Part shown: piece after piece, positions 37,801-39,900 of the stretch
Layout: each line of letters opens with the position of its first letter
Numbering within the stretch: the stretch's first letter is position 1
From: Trichoplax sp. H2
Taxonomy: Eukaryota
DNA length: 39,900 nt
Reading direction: 5' to 3'
Assembly: GCA_003344405.1 (NCBI GenBank)
Contig: NOWV01000125.1
Span: forward strand, 186,001 to 225,900
The notes under the pieces: generated by a model
Told to the model about the DNA's origin: nothing
What the model saw: the letters and a program-made list of their open reading frames with translations, nothing else
Databases searched by the model: none
Made by a program: the position numbers and the translations under genes

Positions 37801-39900
37801 TTATATAATTTTAAAAAATACGAATTATATTTTGGCTAGTAGAACATCATTAACACTAATATCAAAACTGCTTGCTTAATATAATAACACTGATTACAAA
37901 TTGTAATAAATAGGGCGTAAGAAATTACAAATACCTTCCAATTTATTTTGATAGTATTGTTATTTGTTAAAGTAACAGTTGTTATGCTTGGACTTGTGGA
38001 AGGCGCTTTATAAGGTGAATAATCAGATATTAAATTAAATTAATCGAGATATCATCAGCTAAATACAGTTTTTAATCAACGTATTTAGTAGTTTAGGTGG
38101 AATTACTTGCTCAATATGATATCGCATACGAGAGTGCTATCACTTTTAGTCATTTTAACTATCATAGCTTGATTGCATAGCCCTTCTTTATATACTTAAT
38201 ATTTATTGTAATATACACTACCGATCGATCTCTATACTTTAGACTTATAGTACACTTTATAAATCTTTAGAGTCAAAAGAAATCAGCTTCACAAGTTTAG
38301 CAAGCCATGCGACCATCTAAAACCGTTATTCACCGATTAAATGCATATCACGTATTCGTCTGATTTACATGAATTTACTAGTAATTTTTATATAGTACTA
38401 TATCCACAGAGAAATCTAGATGGATGATATTTATAATCAATTCCAAGTACTGTATATCAAATATAATAATTAGTATACATTTAGATATTATATGTTAATA
38501 TTAAGATTAAAGCTAATGTAGGCAAGCTCATATCCAGTTTCTGTATAAAAGGCTTCATTTACATGTAAAAATGGCCAGGTGTAGTAATTTATAATAAAAT
38601 AAAATCCAAGTGATAAATATTAATTTTATACATGCACGCGTATATCCTAGGAATACACTTGTAGGAAAATAGGATCTATAGTGAGATCCTAGTAATCATA
38701 AGTAAGATGACAGTGCTAGAGCTTGAGTGAACTAGTGATACCTGGGATTACTTTAGGCGTTAAGATAGTCGGGTGCTATTAATAGGTGATTCTAGAGATG
38801 ATAGCAGTAATCTTAACTGAGACTACAGGGCACCTCGGTAAGCGGTATCTGCATGTCTCAGTAACTCGTATAAGATTGTTTCAGAATGAGGGATGACAAT
38901 CATACTTAGTTAACGAGTTTGCATCTGTAGAAGCCATACTAAGTACTGGGTTGTATAAAGGAAACTATAGATTAAGTTAAGTTAGCTTATTAGTTGAATT
39001 GTCTGGAGAGAATGATTTGGCAAACAAGCTTGCCAACGTGTTGCATAGAAGGATATAAAAGGCTGGTTCCTTCCGAGAGAAGTTCAGTCGATAACCTGAG
39101 AGCTAGCTGTATGTAGTTGCGTGTTGTAACGTTTTATTACTGTACCATTTAGCAATACGAGTATTTATAAGTAATAAAACTATTTCTAACCGGTAAATTA
39201 ATTATCAGACTAATCATTGGGGGACAAGTTTACAGCGGGCTAAAGGTAGCACTTTATTACAACATTTTATAATGAAGATTACGGCAAATATGTATTTAAG
39301 AATTACACTCATAATACGCTTACCTGCTTCATCTGTTACTACTGTAACAGTAATACTAGGTCCAAATCCTGCTACAGTGCCAGCTTTGATGGTAAGACTG
39401 TAATTAGTATAAGCCTTCAAATTATTAATCGTGTACGTTAAGGTACTGCCAGAAGCCGATGCCGACATTGTAACATTCGAGCCAGTAATCTTATAATCAA
39501 TTTCATATGCTGTAATTACTCCATTTCGATCTGAAATTACAGGTGGCTGCCATGACAGTTTAATACCGGTCGATGATAATACTGTTGCAATGGTATTGAT
39601 TGGCGTCGATGACGGAGCTATACATATAAAAAAGTTATTCGGTTAACAGAAATAAGTATGTTACACGAAAAACAAATTATATCGTATTTAATCATTCAAA
39701 TAAATCCAATTCTATATCTGACATAAACGTAAACATAGATGCAAGTATAAATACGTAGTTAAGGATTTCAGTTATATATATTTAAGAATTACACTCATAA
39801 TACGCTTACCTGCTTCATCTGTTACTGCTGTAACAGTAATACTAGGTCCAAATCCTGCTACAGTGCCAGCTTTGATGGTAAGACTGTAATTAGTAAAGCC
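28874..39900 (-). CDS. Adhesion GPCR, 5'-partial: (FN3)x4 or more - Ig - HRM - GAIN/GPS - secretin-like 7TM - cytoplasmic tail
   Basis: Hand-built exons. FN3: >39900-39810, 39617-39324, 38005-37935 plus 37734-37488, 37385-37071. Ig: 36903-36628 (TLRCEG..W..DSGTYRC). HRM: 36510-36403, 36127-36021 (C..WPKT..CP..RIC..NC). GAIN: 35864-35694, 35128-35060, 34908-34794, 34542-34405, 34230-34161, 33916-33805, 33509-33448, 32977-32857 (CTYWD..WSSAGC..CYCNHMTTFASLL). 7TM: 32712-32609, 32140-32038, 31924-31774, 31541-31460, 31364-31298, [TM5 end unresolved], 30572-30459, 30173-30047 (LLLPVFGIGW), 29846-29805 (GILIFVFYC). Tail, less certain: 29525-29464, 29155-29083, 28978-28874. Confidence 0.9.
39295..39900 (-). 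repeat. Tandem FN3 exon duplication (offset 486 bp)
   Basis: 39295-39415 matches 39781-39900, including about 29 nt of intron beside the donor, with 1 substitution and a 1-bp deletion. Confidence 0.9.

Noticed and set aside
1..39900. CRISPR arrays, tRNA/rRNA genes, intact transposase or reverse transcriptase ORFs
   Set aside because: None recognised by eye; a covariance-model or repeat-library scan was not possible.

Overview
AT-rich eukaryotic (metazoan) genomic DNA with short GT-AG introns and two 20-N scaffold gaps. Gene style and composition suggest an early-branching animal such as a placozoan; this is inference only. Contents in order: two paralogous class A (rhodopsin-like) GPCRs on + (the first has an upstream exon missed by the ORF track), with a lesioned orphan histone H2B copy between them; a decayed minus-strand extracellular-protein pseudogene; a complete 7-exon kappaB-Ras (NKIRAS-like) GTPase on -; two heavily decayed tandem class A GPCR pseudogenes on -, barely visible in the ORF track; and the 3' part (about 25 exons) of an adhesion GPCR on - with an unusual (FN3)n-Ig-HRM-GAIN/GPS-7TM architecture and a recently duplicated FN3 exon. 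Both gaps are flanked by near-identical duplicated sequence that looks like two haplotypes assembled in tandem, exposing a 1.9-kb deletion and a 142/54-bp replacement. No prokaryotic-type system (CRISPR, operon, IS) or RNA gene was recognised. All exon models were read by hand and are unverified.
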